A stretch of DNA of 64,000 bases, from IMG/VR virus record IMGVR_UViG_3300027996_000014, positions 24,209 to 88,208 of that record; one strand, written 5' to 3'. Positions 26,206-38,200 of this stretch are shown here, in pieces (within the stretch, counting starts at the first letter, position 1; each line of letters begins with the position of its first letter). The stretch is from a virus. The translations under genes and the position numbers were made by a program. The notes under the pieces are model-generated. The model did no database searches and was not told the origin of the DNA. It worked only from the letters and a program-made list of their open reading frames with translations.

Positions 26206-26892
26206 ATGGCTAATAAGAAAGAATTTTGGATAGAAAAACTAGGTAAAAAATGGACTATGCAACTAAAAAATATGTTGCGTAGTCCTTACTCTACTAAATT
26301 AATGAACTTTATTACTATAGAATATGCAATGAATGATATTGAACCTTATAAGGTAGATATGTTTAATGCTTATAAATTATGTAAATGGGAAGATTTAAAA
26401 ATTGTAATCATTGGTGATAAACCTTATACTACTACAACATCTAATGGATTAGCGTATAGTAATAAGTTTCTTTCTCAGTTTTATTCTGCAGAAATAAGTA
26501 TAATCCACGATTGCTTAGAAAAAGAGTATTATAAAGATGGGTTTTATTTAGATTTTGATTTTAGTTTAGAAAATTGGGCAAAACAAGGAGTATTTCTCAT
26601 TAATAAACAATTGACTACTAGAATTAAAGATGATGAAAACATTCATAAAAAACCTTGGAGTAAATTTATATCTGCAACATTAAATGCAATAGTAGAATAT
26701 AAACCAGGTACTATTTTTATATTATGGGGAAAAGAAGCTCAATTATTAGAACCACATTTAAAAAATATGTATATTCTAAAATATGATCATCCTTCTAAAT
26801 ATGTAGATAGTAATAAAGATTGGAATTGTCCAAACTTTAAAGAAGCTGATAAAATCTTAATAGATTTATACGGAGAAACAGTTAAATGGTAA
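26206..26892 (+). CDS. ung: uracil-DNA glycosylase family-1-like, divergent active site
   Basis: KIVIIGDKPY, NGLAY, LENWAKQGVFLIN, FILWGKEAQ, HPS, CPNF. Confidence 0.85.
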   Translation: MANKKEFWIEKLGKKWTMQLKNMLRSPYSTKLMNFITIEYAMNDIEPYKVDMFNAYKLCKWEDLKIVIIGDKPYTTTTSNGLAYSNKFLSQFYSAEISIIHDCLEKEYYKDGFYLDFDFSLENWAKQGVFLINKQLTTRIKDDENIHKKPWSKFISATLNAIVEYKPGTIFILWGKEAQLLEPHLKNMYILKYDHPSKYVDSNKDWNCPNFKEADKILIDLYGETVKW

Positions 26893-26921
26893 AAAAAGGA
26901 ACACTTAAGTTCCTTTTTTTT
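26891..26921. terminator. bidirectional terminator at the strand switch
   Basis: A7-GGAAC-ACTTAA-GTTCC-T8 between convergent ung and cargo genes. Confidence 0.88.
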
Positions 26922-26923
26922 AT

Positions 26924-29900
26924 TTACCATACTTTATCTCCAGTTCTATATAATCTAATTGCTTGTGAAACACCAGGAATTGCTTCTCCTGTATGTACAA
27001 GTGCTTTATTACGTCCTTTAAAAGGTCCTGATATAAAATCTTCATTATCAATATCATCATCATAAAACTTTTGTACATCACCACCTATTTTATATACATC
27101 AGTTACTATTTGAAATACAGGTAACATTGTTTGACTAATTTTATCAAACTGCATAGGGTTAGTATAAAAACTAATATCAGTTTGTAATCTATTTATTTGA
27201 TTCATCAAAAAGTTTGATACAAAATTCTTCTTTTCATCATCATCTCCTCCAGATATTGCTCTTAGTAATAAACCAAAACCTGCTAATGCTAACATTAAAT
27301 AAAGTTCAGTCATATTCTTACGCATATTTGCTGCATCAGTTTTAGTAAATTTATTTGTACCAACATATTTGTCATCAAACTGAGTTTTTTGAAATAATGC
27401 TTTTCTTGCTAATTGTTTAATTGTAAATAATGTATCATTAATTACACTACCTTCAGTCTGCATACCAAAAATTTTACCCCCCAGATAACCAGCTCCAGCT
27501 CCAATAGCAGTTCCTATTCCAGGAAGAAACATTGTACCCACAGTAGCTCCTGTAGCTACTAGTTGTCCTTTTGTATAACTTTTATATCTACCTTTACGTA
27601 TAAATGGTTCATCCATACCGTAACTAAGTGCCCAATCTGTTTTTTCAGTTTCAAATCTATTTGCAAATCCTTCAAACATCCATGTACGGAATTGAGAAAT
27701 AGCTCTTCCAAAAACAGTAGCTTTTATTTGTAATGCATTATTATAATCACCGTGATTCATTTCAATGACTCTTTTTATCTTTTGAATAAGCTTAAGTTCA
27801 TTAAAAGATTTACCTTTAACATCTTTAGCAGTAAATCCTTCTTTTAATTGTCCATCTATACCATAAGCATCCCATAAACTTACTTCTTTACCATCTGGAT
27901 CAGATGCTTTAGATTCAAGCATTAATGCAATCATCACAGGAGCATAATTAAGGTACTCTGAACGTTCTTGCATTGCATATGGTCCAAATCTACTTAATGG
28001 GTTTTTTTTACCTGGAATACCTTTAAAAAGTTCTTTATTAGTAGTTTGAAGTAAATCCCATTGATCCATCATTGTTCTAATCTTAAGAGCATTACCGTTA
28101 ATGCCTTCCCAAGTGTTAAAAGATGCATTTCTACCAATTGAATTATTAGTCAACATATAAGCTTTTCTTAAAGTAGCCATTGAATAAAGTCTTCCATCAG
28201 ATCCTTCTATGATATTTGATATTACACCAAATCCAATATTAGAAAATGCTGAAAATGTATTCCAACCTAATCCTTTTAATGTCATATATTTAAGAAGCGT
28301 ATCACCTACACCACTAACTGTAACAACAGCTCCTAGTTTTTCTAATTCTTGTTTAAGAATTTCTTCGTCTTCTTCCGTAATTTCTCCTGCTAATAAATTT
28401 TCTATTTCTTTTTTACGTGCTGTTTCTTTACTATTATAAACTTTTTTTGTACTAGCACCTTCTACTTTTCTACTTGCAATACCATAAAATGATTCATTAA
28501 CAAAGAAATCAAGTGCAGATTTTAAATTACCTCCACTTTTTTTATCTTCTACAACTTTTCCATCTTTTGTTAATATTTCACCTTTACTATTAACTTCACC
28601 TGGAGATAATTGATTAAATTTATCAACTGCCATTTCAACTGAAGCTTGAATAGCAGATTTATGTTTATGTGCTAATGTACTTAATGTAAAAGCTTTCATT
28701 AATTTAGCAATATCCCAAGATCTTTCGTTAGATAATGAATTTCTAATTTCATTTTTAAACTTTGAAACTTGTTCTCTACTAGGATTTTCTCCGTTTTCTT
28801 GTTTATATTTAATTATTCGTACTTTAACTAAGTTTGAAACTTTAGATTCTATATCTTCAACAAATGGTACAGCTACATTTTTAGATATTTGTTTACTATT
28901 AGGATTTATATCAGCTTTAACTTCTGTAGCAAAATCAGTTGTAGTAAAAGATTCTTTCATCTTATCCCAAAAAGGAACAACTCCCATCATTACACCTTTT
29001 TCTGAAAAAGTTTCCATTAAACTTTTTTCAATATACGGAAGTACTCCTACTCCTAATTTAGCTCGTACATCTTTAGGTAATGAATATTTCAAAGTATTCA
29101 TTGTTTCAGTAATGTAATTATACCAATTTAAAATATCTTCATTTGCTTCTATTTTTGCAAAATTTGTATCATACCAACCTGTTTCATTATTATTAATATC
29201 AAATTTCTTAGGTATTTGTACTGAATATTCTCTAATTCCTTTAGGAGCATAAAAACTATCTTTTCTTCCTTCATTTTTTTTCTTACGAAGAGCAGGATTT
29301 TCTTGCATTGCTAATCCATAATAAGGAGAAAATTCTTTTTGTTGTTCTGCAAAAAACTCATCTCTTTCAGCTTGAGATTGATTAGATAAATCAGTTTGCA
29401 TTGCTTCATAATATACATCTCGCATCGTTCTATACTTCTCTATCTTCTTCTCTTGTTGTTCCATATAAAACTTAAACCCTTTTTCACCAAGATGTGCTTT
29501 AAGTTCTTCTATATGTGCTGCTTTTCTTTTTTTTATAACTTCAGCACTTTCATCGTTTTTAAATAGGAATTTATCTGGTAAATTTGATCCGTCAGCATGA
29601 GAGTCTTCAAATAATAATCTAACATCAAAAGTTATAGTATTTTTAGTTACCCAATTAAAAAAAGCATCTACATCTTTTTTATCTTTTTTTGGTAATCCAT
29701 TTGGTCCTAATTCTTTAAAAGCTTTTTGTATTAAATTATTACGAGTAGCATAAAATTCATGAGCAAATCTATGAGTCATTCTACTAGTTTCTAGGCCATC
29801 TTTAGTAAGTTGTTTTAATATATCATTACTATTACCTGTAGCTTGATTAAACTTTTTAGATAGCTTATCTATTTTATCCCATTCTACATTTGCTTCTTCT

Positions 29901-32251
29901 TGAGCTTTTGTATTAGCTTCTTGTACACCTAAGAATATAGCTTGTAATAGATTATTATCATGTCTTGCAATGTTTAATACTCTAGAACTTATTCCATTTA
30001 CATCGCTTACTAATTTAAATATTTCTTCGTCAGTTAAATTTTCATCGGTGTATTCTCTTACAAACTCTCCAATATATTTTTTCTGTAAAATATTTAATTT
30101 TCGTTGAAGATCTTCAGCATTTGATTTTCTAAGTCTAAATGCTGCACGAATAGATTCTGTATTAAATTCATCTTGATCTAACATTAAATGCTCATTAGGA
30201 GCCATTGAAAAATCACCTGCTTTTAACCATAAATCTACTATTCGTTGACCATATTGAACATTGTCAGCACTAATTGCAGAATCATCTAACATTCTTCTTA
30301 CTTCTTCTAATTGTCTATCTGCTATTTTTAAAACACCTTCATGTGAGGAAAGTTCACTACTTAATTTTATAAAACGATCAGCTCCTGTACGTTCATCATC
30401 ACGTATATTTTTTAAGTTTACCAATTTACGAGTAATTTTAGCTGACTCTTCTAGATTACCTATATTGTCATTTAATTCTCGTCTTAAACTAATAATTTCA
30501 CTATCAATTTTACGTTTTCTTATAGTCTCAGCATTTACTAATTGACTATTAGCAGTAGGTAATAAAAAATCTATATCATCACTTATATCTTGAGTCTTTT
30601 GATCTAAAGTAACTTCATTCCAAGTATTACCGTGTTCATCAGTAACTTGTTTAGTATCATATAACTTATTAAGAATATTAGTAACTCTATTAGAATAGAA
30701 AGCTTCAATAGGTTTAAGTTTTTCTAAACCCTGAGTTTTCATTTCTGCTTTTCTTGCTTCATCTTTTTTAATTTCTGACTCTAATTCTTTTAAAGATTGT
30801 GTTGGTTCATTAGAACCTTCTTCTTTATACTGTCCCTTTTCTATTCTCTCTTTACCTGCTTTTATAGAATTATCAATTCTAATAATCTCATCAGCAATAG
30901 TTTCATGCCCTTCTACCTTAGCAGCAGTATCACCAGTAGGAAATAGTACTTTTTCATATCCTTTTTTAATACTATCTTGAACAATAGATTCTATAAAGAA
31001 GTTAACCCAGTTACCTTTTTTGTTTAATAGTTGTAGGAATTGGTTTTGTTGTGAATTAGAATCTTGTGTTTTACCCCATCTTTCTGATTCTTCCCATTCT
31101 CCTGTTTGTTGATTAAAAACACCATCAGATATATCACCTCCAATCAAATCTTTCTTATCCCTCCCTTTCTGAAATAAATCAGATTGTACTTCTAGTATTC
31201 TACGAGTTTTAGTAGGAGTACCCCCCTTAGTAATAGGTCTACCTCTATATACAGGCTCTGGTCTTCCCTCATCATCAAAAGTTAGTTCTTCCTCTATAAG
31301 TTCTCCTTGAACTGTTTTTACAGTTCCCCCTTCAACTTCTTCATCACTTCTAAACCAACCTATACCTTTATCTGTACTAAAACCAGCATGTCCTTTGATA
31401 TTAGGAGTAATTCCTGGTGTAGCTATTTCATTTTCTGTATAGTTAGTACCTCCTGGAACTGTTAGATTAGCGTAGTATTTAGCACTTCCTGTAGGCACTT
31501 CCAGCTCATTGTCATCAGCGTAAAAATCATAAGGTTTATCGCTTTTATCTTTAGCAACATTAACCTCAACAACAAAACTATTTTCAGCTAATAAAGAAGT
31601 AATTATTTCTTCTCTATTGGTTAACTTTTTATCTAAAATAATTTGTTTTTGTGCTTTGGGTATTTGTAGTTCTGTAAGAATTTTATTTAAATCCCAACCA
31701 GCTTTTTTGCCTTTATTAAATATTTGTATAGCCTTATCAGATGATAAAATATTAGTAGATTTTAAATTATAACTAATAGGTAAATAATCAATATTATCTG
31801 CATTTGGTTTAAAATCACCATTTTCATCAAAGTATCCAGATTGTTGTTCAGACAATGATGGCGTAAATGAATCGTAATTTATTTGTGCATCATACCCCTC
31901 TACTCTAAGAATAGGGTTTTTTCTAGCAAGCTTTTGTCTAGATGCTTCATTTCCTCTTGAAAGATAATTAGGATTAAGTGTTACATCAAAAGTATTTCCG
32001 TAAATACGAGTATGTACGAATGAATGAGCAGTTCCATTCTTAGAATTATATTTAGCTAATCTATCTGCCATTGAGCTAAAATCTTCAGTCTTTGACTTAA
32101 AACCTATAGCTTTTTTAATTTCTGTAATAGTTTTAACATTAGGAATAGTATAATTATTGGCTACAAATGCCATTTTTGCTAATCTTTCTCCTGATTGAGA
32201 AACTAAAATTTTCCATTCTTTACTATTTTTGTTTGGACAATTTGCTGCCAT
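26924..32251 (-). CDS. large virion cargo/ejection protein (1775 aa)
   Basis: Follows the virion RNAP gene as in crAss-like phages; N-terminal CPNKNSKEW; inserted RILEVQSD domain; C-terminal glycine zipper and TM helix. Confidence 0.75.
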   Translation of the reverse strand: MAANCPNKNSKEWKILVSQSGERLAKMAFVANNYTIPNVKTITEIKKAIGFKSKTEDFSSMADRLAKYNSKNGTAHSFVHTRIYGNTFDVTLNPNYLSRGNEASRQKLARKNPILRVEGYDAQINYDSFTPSLSEQQSGYFDENGDFKPNADNIDYLPISYNLKSTNILSSDKAIQIFNKGKKAGWDLNKILTELQIPKAQKQIILDKKLTNREEIITSLLAENSFVVEVNVAKDKSDKPYDFYADDNELEVPTGSAKYYANLTVPGGTNYTENEIATPGITPNIKGHAGFSTDKGIGWFRSDEEVEGGTVKTVQGELIEEELTFDDEGRPEPVYRGRPITKGGTPTKTRRILEVQSDLFQKGRDKKDLIGGDISDGVFNQQTGEWEESERWGKTQDSNSQQNQFLQLLNKKGNWVNFFIESIVQDSIKKGYEKVLFPTGDTAAKVEGHETIADEIIRIDNSIKAGKERIEKGQYKEEGSNEPTQSLKELESEIKKDEARKAEMKTQGLEKLKPIEAFYSNRVTNILNKLYDTKQVTDEHGNTWNEVTLDQKTQDISDDIDFLLPTANSQLVNAETIRKRKIDSEIISLRRELNDNIGNLEESAKITRKLVNLKNIRDDERTGADRFIKLSSELSSHEGVLKIADRQLEEVRRMLDDSAISADNVQYGQRIVDLWLKAGDFSMAPNEHLMLDQDEFNTESIRAAFRLRKSNAEDLQRKLNILQKKYIGEFVREYTDENLTDEEIFKLVSDVNGISSRVLNIARHDNNLLQAIFLGVQEANTKAQEEANVEWDKIDKLSKKFNQATGNSNDILKQLTKDGLETSRMTHRFAHEFYATRNNLIQKAFKELGPNGLPKKDKKDVDAFFNWVTKNTITFDVRLLFEDSHADGSNLPDKFLFKNDESAEVIKKRKAAHIEELKAHLGEKGFKFYMEQQEKKIEKYRTMRDVYYEAMQTDLSNQSQAERDEFFAEQQKEFSPYYGLAMQENPALRKKKNEGRKDSFYAPKGIREYSVQIPKKFDINNNETGWYDTNFAKIEANEDILNWYNYITETMNTLKYSLPKDVRAKLGVGVLPYIEKSLMETFSEKGVMMGVVPFWDKMKESFTTTDFATEVKADINPNSKQISKNVAVPFVEDIESKVSNLVKVRIIKYKQENGENPSREQVSKFKNEIRNSLSNERSWDIAKLMKAFTLSTLAHKHKSAIQASVEMAVDKFNQLSPGEVNSKGEILTKDGKVVEDKKSGGNLKSALDFFVNESFYGIASRKVEGASTKKVYNSKETARKKEIENLLAGEITEEDEEILKQELEKLGAVVTVSGVGDTLLKYMTLKGLGWNTFSAFSNIGFGVISNIIEGSDGRLYSMATLRKAYMLTNNSIGRNASFNTWEGINGNALKIRTMMDQWDLLQTTNKELFKGIPGKKNPLSRFGPYAMQERSEYLNYAPVMIALMLESKASDPDGKEVSLWDAYGIDGQLKEGFTAKDVKGKSFNELKLIQKIKRVIEMNHGDYNNALQIKATVFGRAISQFRTWMFEGFANRFETEKTDWALSYGMDEPFIRKGRYKSYTKGQLVATGATVGTMFLPGIGTAIGAGAGYLGGKIFGMQTEGSVINDTLFTIKQLARKALFQKTQFDDKYVGTNKFTKTDAANMRKNMTELYLMLALAGFGLLLRAISGGDDDEKKNFVSNFLMNQINRLQTDISFYTNPMQFDKISQTMLPVFQIVTDVYKIGGDVQKFYDDDIDNEDFISGPFKGRNKALVHTGEAIPGVSQAIRLYRTGDKVW

Positions 32252-32262
32252 ATTTTATTTTT

Positions 32263-35200
32263 TTAACAAGTTAATAAAAATTCTTCAAACTGTCTTTCAA
32301 ATTCCATATCTTGTACTGAAATTAAGTCGTCTGCTCCTAAATTAGTAGGAGTATTATCATTCTTTTTAATTTCGTTAAGTCTTTCTAAATTTAATGGTTT
32401 AATACTTGTTGGTTTAAAAGTAGGAGAGCTAAAATGTTCAGGATTTGAAGTATTAATTACTAATAATTTTGAAGCTCTTGATAATGCTACATAAATTAAA
32501 GAATGTTTTTCACTTCCTATTATTTTTGCATCTTGTTTTAATATTGAAGAATTTCCTCTAGGTAATGTATCAGTTTCAAAAAATACATTTTTAATAGTAC
32601 TACCTTGAGCTTTATGAATAGTTACAGCATGCCCAAAGTCAATAGCTTTACTTACTCGTAATTCATTTGCTATACCTTTATGTATTAAATAATTATATTT
32701 TTCCATTTTTTTAGTAGAAGGATTATATATGTAATCACCTCCTATTAATGTATTTTCAAAATATTTAGAAGTAGATTCTACTGCACTATAATAAGCTCCC
32801 CACATTCTATTATTAGCTAATGCTGCTTGTTTAGCAGAATGTAATTTACTCATTACATTAGATATTTCTTTATTGTTATTTTGAAAATCTTCTTCATTTA
32901 ATTCATCAAATATAAAAGAATCATTTTCAGATAATTGCAAATATTTACCACTTGCATATTTACTTACTTTTTTAATACCTAATTTTTCTAATTCTTCTAA
33001 TTTCTTAGAAGTAGCTTCTATTGAATAAGCTGATCCTATTTTTTCTGTTTTAGTAATAGTATATTTCATACTATTTGCAATATTTTGTTTTTCTATTTGC
33101 TTTGAATTATATCCAGCATATCCTACAATTATATCACCAGGTATTAAATCACCAACTCTACCTAAAGTTTTACGAATTCTTAAATTAGATGCAGTAACAC
33201 CTTTATTAGTATAACTAATAAGAGTAGATTCTTCTGGTTCTGCTTTAAATGTTTCTACTAATAAATTATTAAATTCAGTTGAAGCTAAATATTTTAATTT
33301 ATTAGAATTTTCTAATCTTGGTATTTTACCATTAGTATTTTTTCTAAGTTCAGTTAATAATTGTAATATTTTATCATCGTCAGTTCTTTTAACTTCAGTT
33401 AATAATATTTGTTCTGGTGTGCTAAATGATTTAGAAACTTGTTTTACAACAGGATTTGAAACATCTACTTCAGGGATTTGTAAAATATCTCCCATAAATA
33501 TAACTTTAACATTATAATTTTTAATAGCATCTTGAAGAATTTTATAATCTTTATTACTTAACATAGATACTTCATCTATTACCATAATATTATCACTATA
33601 TCCAAATTTATCAGTTAATTTTTTTCTTAATACTGATTCTTTTACTCCAGTTATTCTATTTTTAGATTCTCCTATTGCAGACGCTATAGTCATAGGTAAT
33701 TCTTTATTACCTGCTTTTACTGTTGCAGAAGCTAATTCAGTAGTTGCAGCATGTGTAGGAGCAAGATAAACAAATGTTGTATTTGGTAATAATTTTTGTA
33801 AATATCCTATTACTGCAGTCTTACCTGTTCCAGCAGCTCCTTGTAAAGTAATTGCTTTTTTAGAATTACTATTTTCTACAAATTCAGCTAATCTAGTTAA
33901 TGCTTTATCTTGACCTTCAGTTAATGTAAAATCAGTATCAATAGTTCTATTTTTATAAGTAAATTTATTTTCTTTAACTTCAGGATTAGTCTCATTACTT
34001 GGCTGTGTAGATGGTTGTGTAGAAATAGCACCTGTATCATTATTAAAACCAAATTCTTCTTGTAGTCTTTGTTTTAAATAAGTATACGTCTGTGGAGCTT
34101 TTTCTTTAAGTTTTGCTAAACCAGTACCAAACCCATCTTTAGGGAATACTAATGATCTACCATCAGCTTTTATTTTAGCTATGTCAGAATCAATAACGTT
34201 TTTGTTTGATTGTAAATCATTGTCAGACATAAATGCAGAAGCATTATTATTAGGTTGAAGCTTAGTAGCTATTCCAAAAGCATTTTCATTATTTCTAATT
34301 TGAGCTTGTCCACCAGTACCTTTTCTTTGTGTGTTATCTCCAAATACATATATCTTATCAGGGTTAGCTTTTAAGTCAGCACTCGTATATCTATTAACTA
34401 CTTCTATTTTAGGTGTAGAAATTAAATTTGATTTTATAACCTCATTAGCTGGTTGAGAGAATGTTTTTTTATACACATCTCTAATAGCTTGGTCAGATTT
34501 TTTCCATACTTCAGTTGAAGATAAACTTCTTGAACCAATGCCTGCAAAGTTTTTAGTTAATGTAGGAGTATTAGCTGGTACAAAACCCCCTAACAAAGAA
34601 TTTGTTTCTGGATCAAGATGTACTTCTTTAACCCATTCAAACCAAGAATCTTTAGTACCATCATATACATAAACAGTCTTGCCTTCATTAATAGCCATCT
34701 GTACCGCATACCCTGTACCTCCTTTTACTTGAGGAATTTTAGCTATTTTACCATGATTCATTACTGAATCTTTGTCAATAATTGTACCTACAGCATATAC
34801 AGCATCTGAATATTTAACTTGTGCCCAATTTCTAATCATATAATTAGATCTAACTTGGTGAGTAGGAGCAATTCTTCCCATTTGTCTGGCAGCTATAGTA
34901 ACTTTTTTCTGACCTTCATCATAATCTTTTTGAGATAGGTTAACAGGCTTGACACCCTTAAGTTCTGGACTGTCTAATTCAGTAGCTCCAGGTTCTCTAT
35001 AATGGTTATGCTTTACAACTCTATATTCTCTTCCTATCTTATCCCAAGCTGTATCTCCCCCCTTAGCCCCACCTGAATGATTAGTAAATTCTGAAGGGCT
35101 ATTAATCTCACTAACTGGTTGAGTAGATGTTACATCTGATTCTTTATTATTAGATTTAATTAAATTTAAAGATTCTTCAATTGCTGCTGGTAATAAAGAA

Positions 35201-38200
35201 TCAGGATTAATATTGAATCCCATTGTTTCTAAAAGTTCAATTAACATATCTACTAACTTAGTCCAAAAAGGTTTAGCATTTACATCAGTAATTTCATTAA
35301 GTCTTTCTTGAAATCCTTTATCTGTAAGAGCCATTGTTACAAACTCTTGTAATTTAACAGTACCATAGTATTTACTAAGGTTTTTAGAATCACTAAAATC
35401 AACAGATGGTAAATTAATGCCAATATCAAGATTATGCTTATCTAAATAATTAGCTAATGATGTTTGTTCGTCTACATTAAGAACTTTATCACTACCATCT
35501 ACATTATCTTTTCTCCATTTCCAAGTCCAATATTTTCTAGTCCAAGAATCTATTCCATCTTTTCCTTCTTTTTTTATTAATGCATCTATATATTGTTTTT
35601 GTAAATTTTTTAAATTTTCAATAATAGTTATTTGAGCTTTTGTAAGTTGATCTAAATTTCCTTCTTCATACTTATAAATTAAATCAGAAGTATAACCATG
35701 AATTGTTTCATGTGCAAATGCTGATGCAATAATACTATTATTACTATTATCTAAAGCTACTCCTAATCCTGATTTTTTATTTAAATTTAAAGTAATTTTA
35801 CCATTAACATATTGAGCAACTCCCGCATTAACTTCATTTATAAAATTTAATTCTAACTTATCATTACCTTCAATTTGATTAAGCATATCTAATAATTCTC
35901 TATTGTATGAATTAACATTATCATTAGTGATTAATTTATTCATTAATGATTTAAATGCTTTATTACCTGTTTCTTTTGTAGTAATTTTAATTTTGTTAAC
36001 AGCTTTATCATTTTCATTATTAATTATATTAGGAGTAAATTTTTCTACTGGAGTAACTTTTATTGGTGATTTTTTATGAGCAGGATGTACTATTGAATTA
36101 TTATTATCAAAAGATTGAGAATTATATTGAACAAATCCATATTCACCTTTTAACATAGGTATCATTTCATATTTATTTGTTTCATCATTATATTCATAAA
36201 TTGCAAACCCTGCTTTTGATCTTGATAATTTTATACTTAAAAATTTAATAGGACTAACTGTATCAAATTCTTCATAAGTATACATTGATTTCTTAGTATC
36301 TTTAATTGTAAATGAACTAGGTATATCTTCTTTACTATCTATTTCATCTATTTTAATTGTACGAAGTAAATCTGGATTATTTTGAAAAAACTGTTTAGTA
36401 AACCCAGATGGTATACTATAAGAAGGTTCACCATTTTCATCAAGATGTCCATTAAATGTATTAGTAAAACTAAGAGAAGATTCACTTAAAGATTTACCAA
36501 AGTTCATATTTTGCAAATATACAACAGGAATATATTTAAGATATTGTTTAGCTCCTTGATTACCTCCTTCAAGATAAGCAGCTAATATTAACTCTTGAGC
36601 TAACATTCTCATAGTATAATCAATTCCATTAAATACACCTATTTTACTTTCTGATTTTAATAAGTAAAGAAATCCATCATAAATATTACTTTCATCATAA
36701 TTCTCTGCAGTAGCTGCATCAAAATTAATTCTAGAAATTGTACCATCAATTTTTGGATCAGGTTCTAATTTATTTAAAAAATTATTTTCTCTATACCATT
36801 GTTCACCTGATAATTGATTTAATATTGTAGCAAGACTTAAATTAGTTCCTGGAACATCTACAAATAACCTATTTCTTTCAATATTTGGATCATAGGTCAT
36901 TAAATTTGTATTAGTATTATTAAACATAAAAGAACGAATTCCTTTAAATATTTTATTAAATATTTCCATTTGTTTAACTGAAGATAAATCACTGCCTCTT
37001 GGTATATGATTTTGTATTTCTTGATTTACTAAACTTACACCTAATTGTTGATAAGGAAAATATTTCTCATAAATAGTATTCGCAAACATTGCTCCATATT
37101 TTGCAGCAAAACCATTAATAGTAGTAGGTGTAACTAAACCATTTTTGTCATACTCTCCCATTAATTTATCAGCATTATAAATGCTATGGTTACTAAGATT
37201 ATTTACTTGTTTTACTTTAAAATTATTTTCAGTAAGTGAAGTAGGTAAACCTTTTGCTTCTGTATTAACAGCTGATTGAATTTTTTTAATTTCTTTACCT
37301 ATTTCAGTAAGATTTCTAAATTTTTCTACTAATAATAATTGTTTAATATTAAAATCACTAGTAGTATTTTTAGAAATTACTAATTTACTTTTTAAGTTTT
37401 CTAGTAATTCTTCTCCTGATTGATTTTCTAAATGAGATAAATCATGCTCATTTACAAGTCTATTAGATTTATCATATTTAAGTAATAAATTATCATAAAT
37501 TACACTTTCAACATCTTGTACAAAAGGAGCTAATGAAGATCTACTATTTGTTAATTCTTCAATATATTCCCATATAATAGGTTGAGTAATTAATCCTGAA
37601 ATCTCAGTTTCTTCAAACCCTAATGAAACCATTGCCCGAATAGCATCAAAAGTTTCATTATTAATATTTAATTTATCTAAAATTTGTGCTTTTTCATTAT
37701 CTACTGCAGTTGATTGTAAAGATTTAACAATATTAGACTTAAGTTTTAATGAACTTTTTTCATCTTTTGTTAATTCTCTTTTAGCAATTTTTGCATTTTG
37801 AATAATTTGCTGAGAACGTAAAGTATATTTATTTGATAAATCTCCTTTTGAAGTAATATTCCCAAAAGTAGCAATGTTATTATTATAAGTTAATATAGAT
37901 GATTGTGATGGCTTAGCTCCTTTTTTGAATAAAAATTTAGTATCTTCTTCTGAAAGATTTAAAATAGTTAATTCTTTACCTTGTGTAATTGTTACAAAAG
38001 AGGAATCTAATGAGAATGCACCTACTCCATTTTTACCTGAAGTTGCGTTAATAAATTTATTTCTTTGGTATGCATCAGAAAGAATTGTAACTCTTTCTTC
38101 TAATTCACCATTATCTTTTCTTATTTTATTAACTTTGTCTGCAATGTTTTTGAATTCACCAAATGAATCAATATCCATATTCATAGCAATAATCTCTGGA

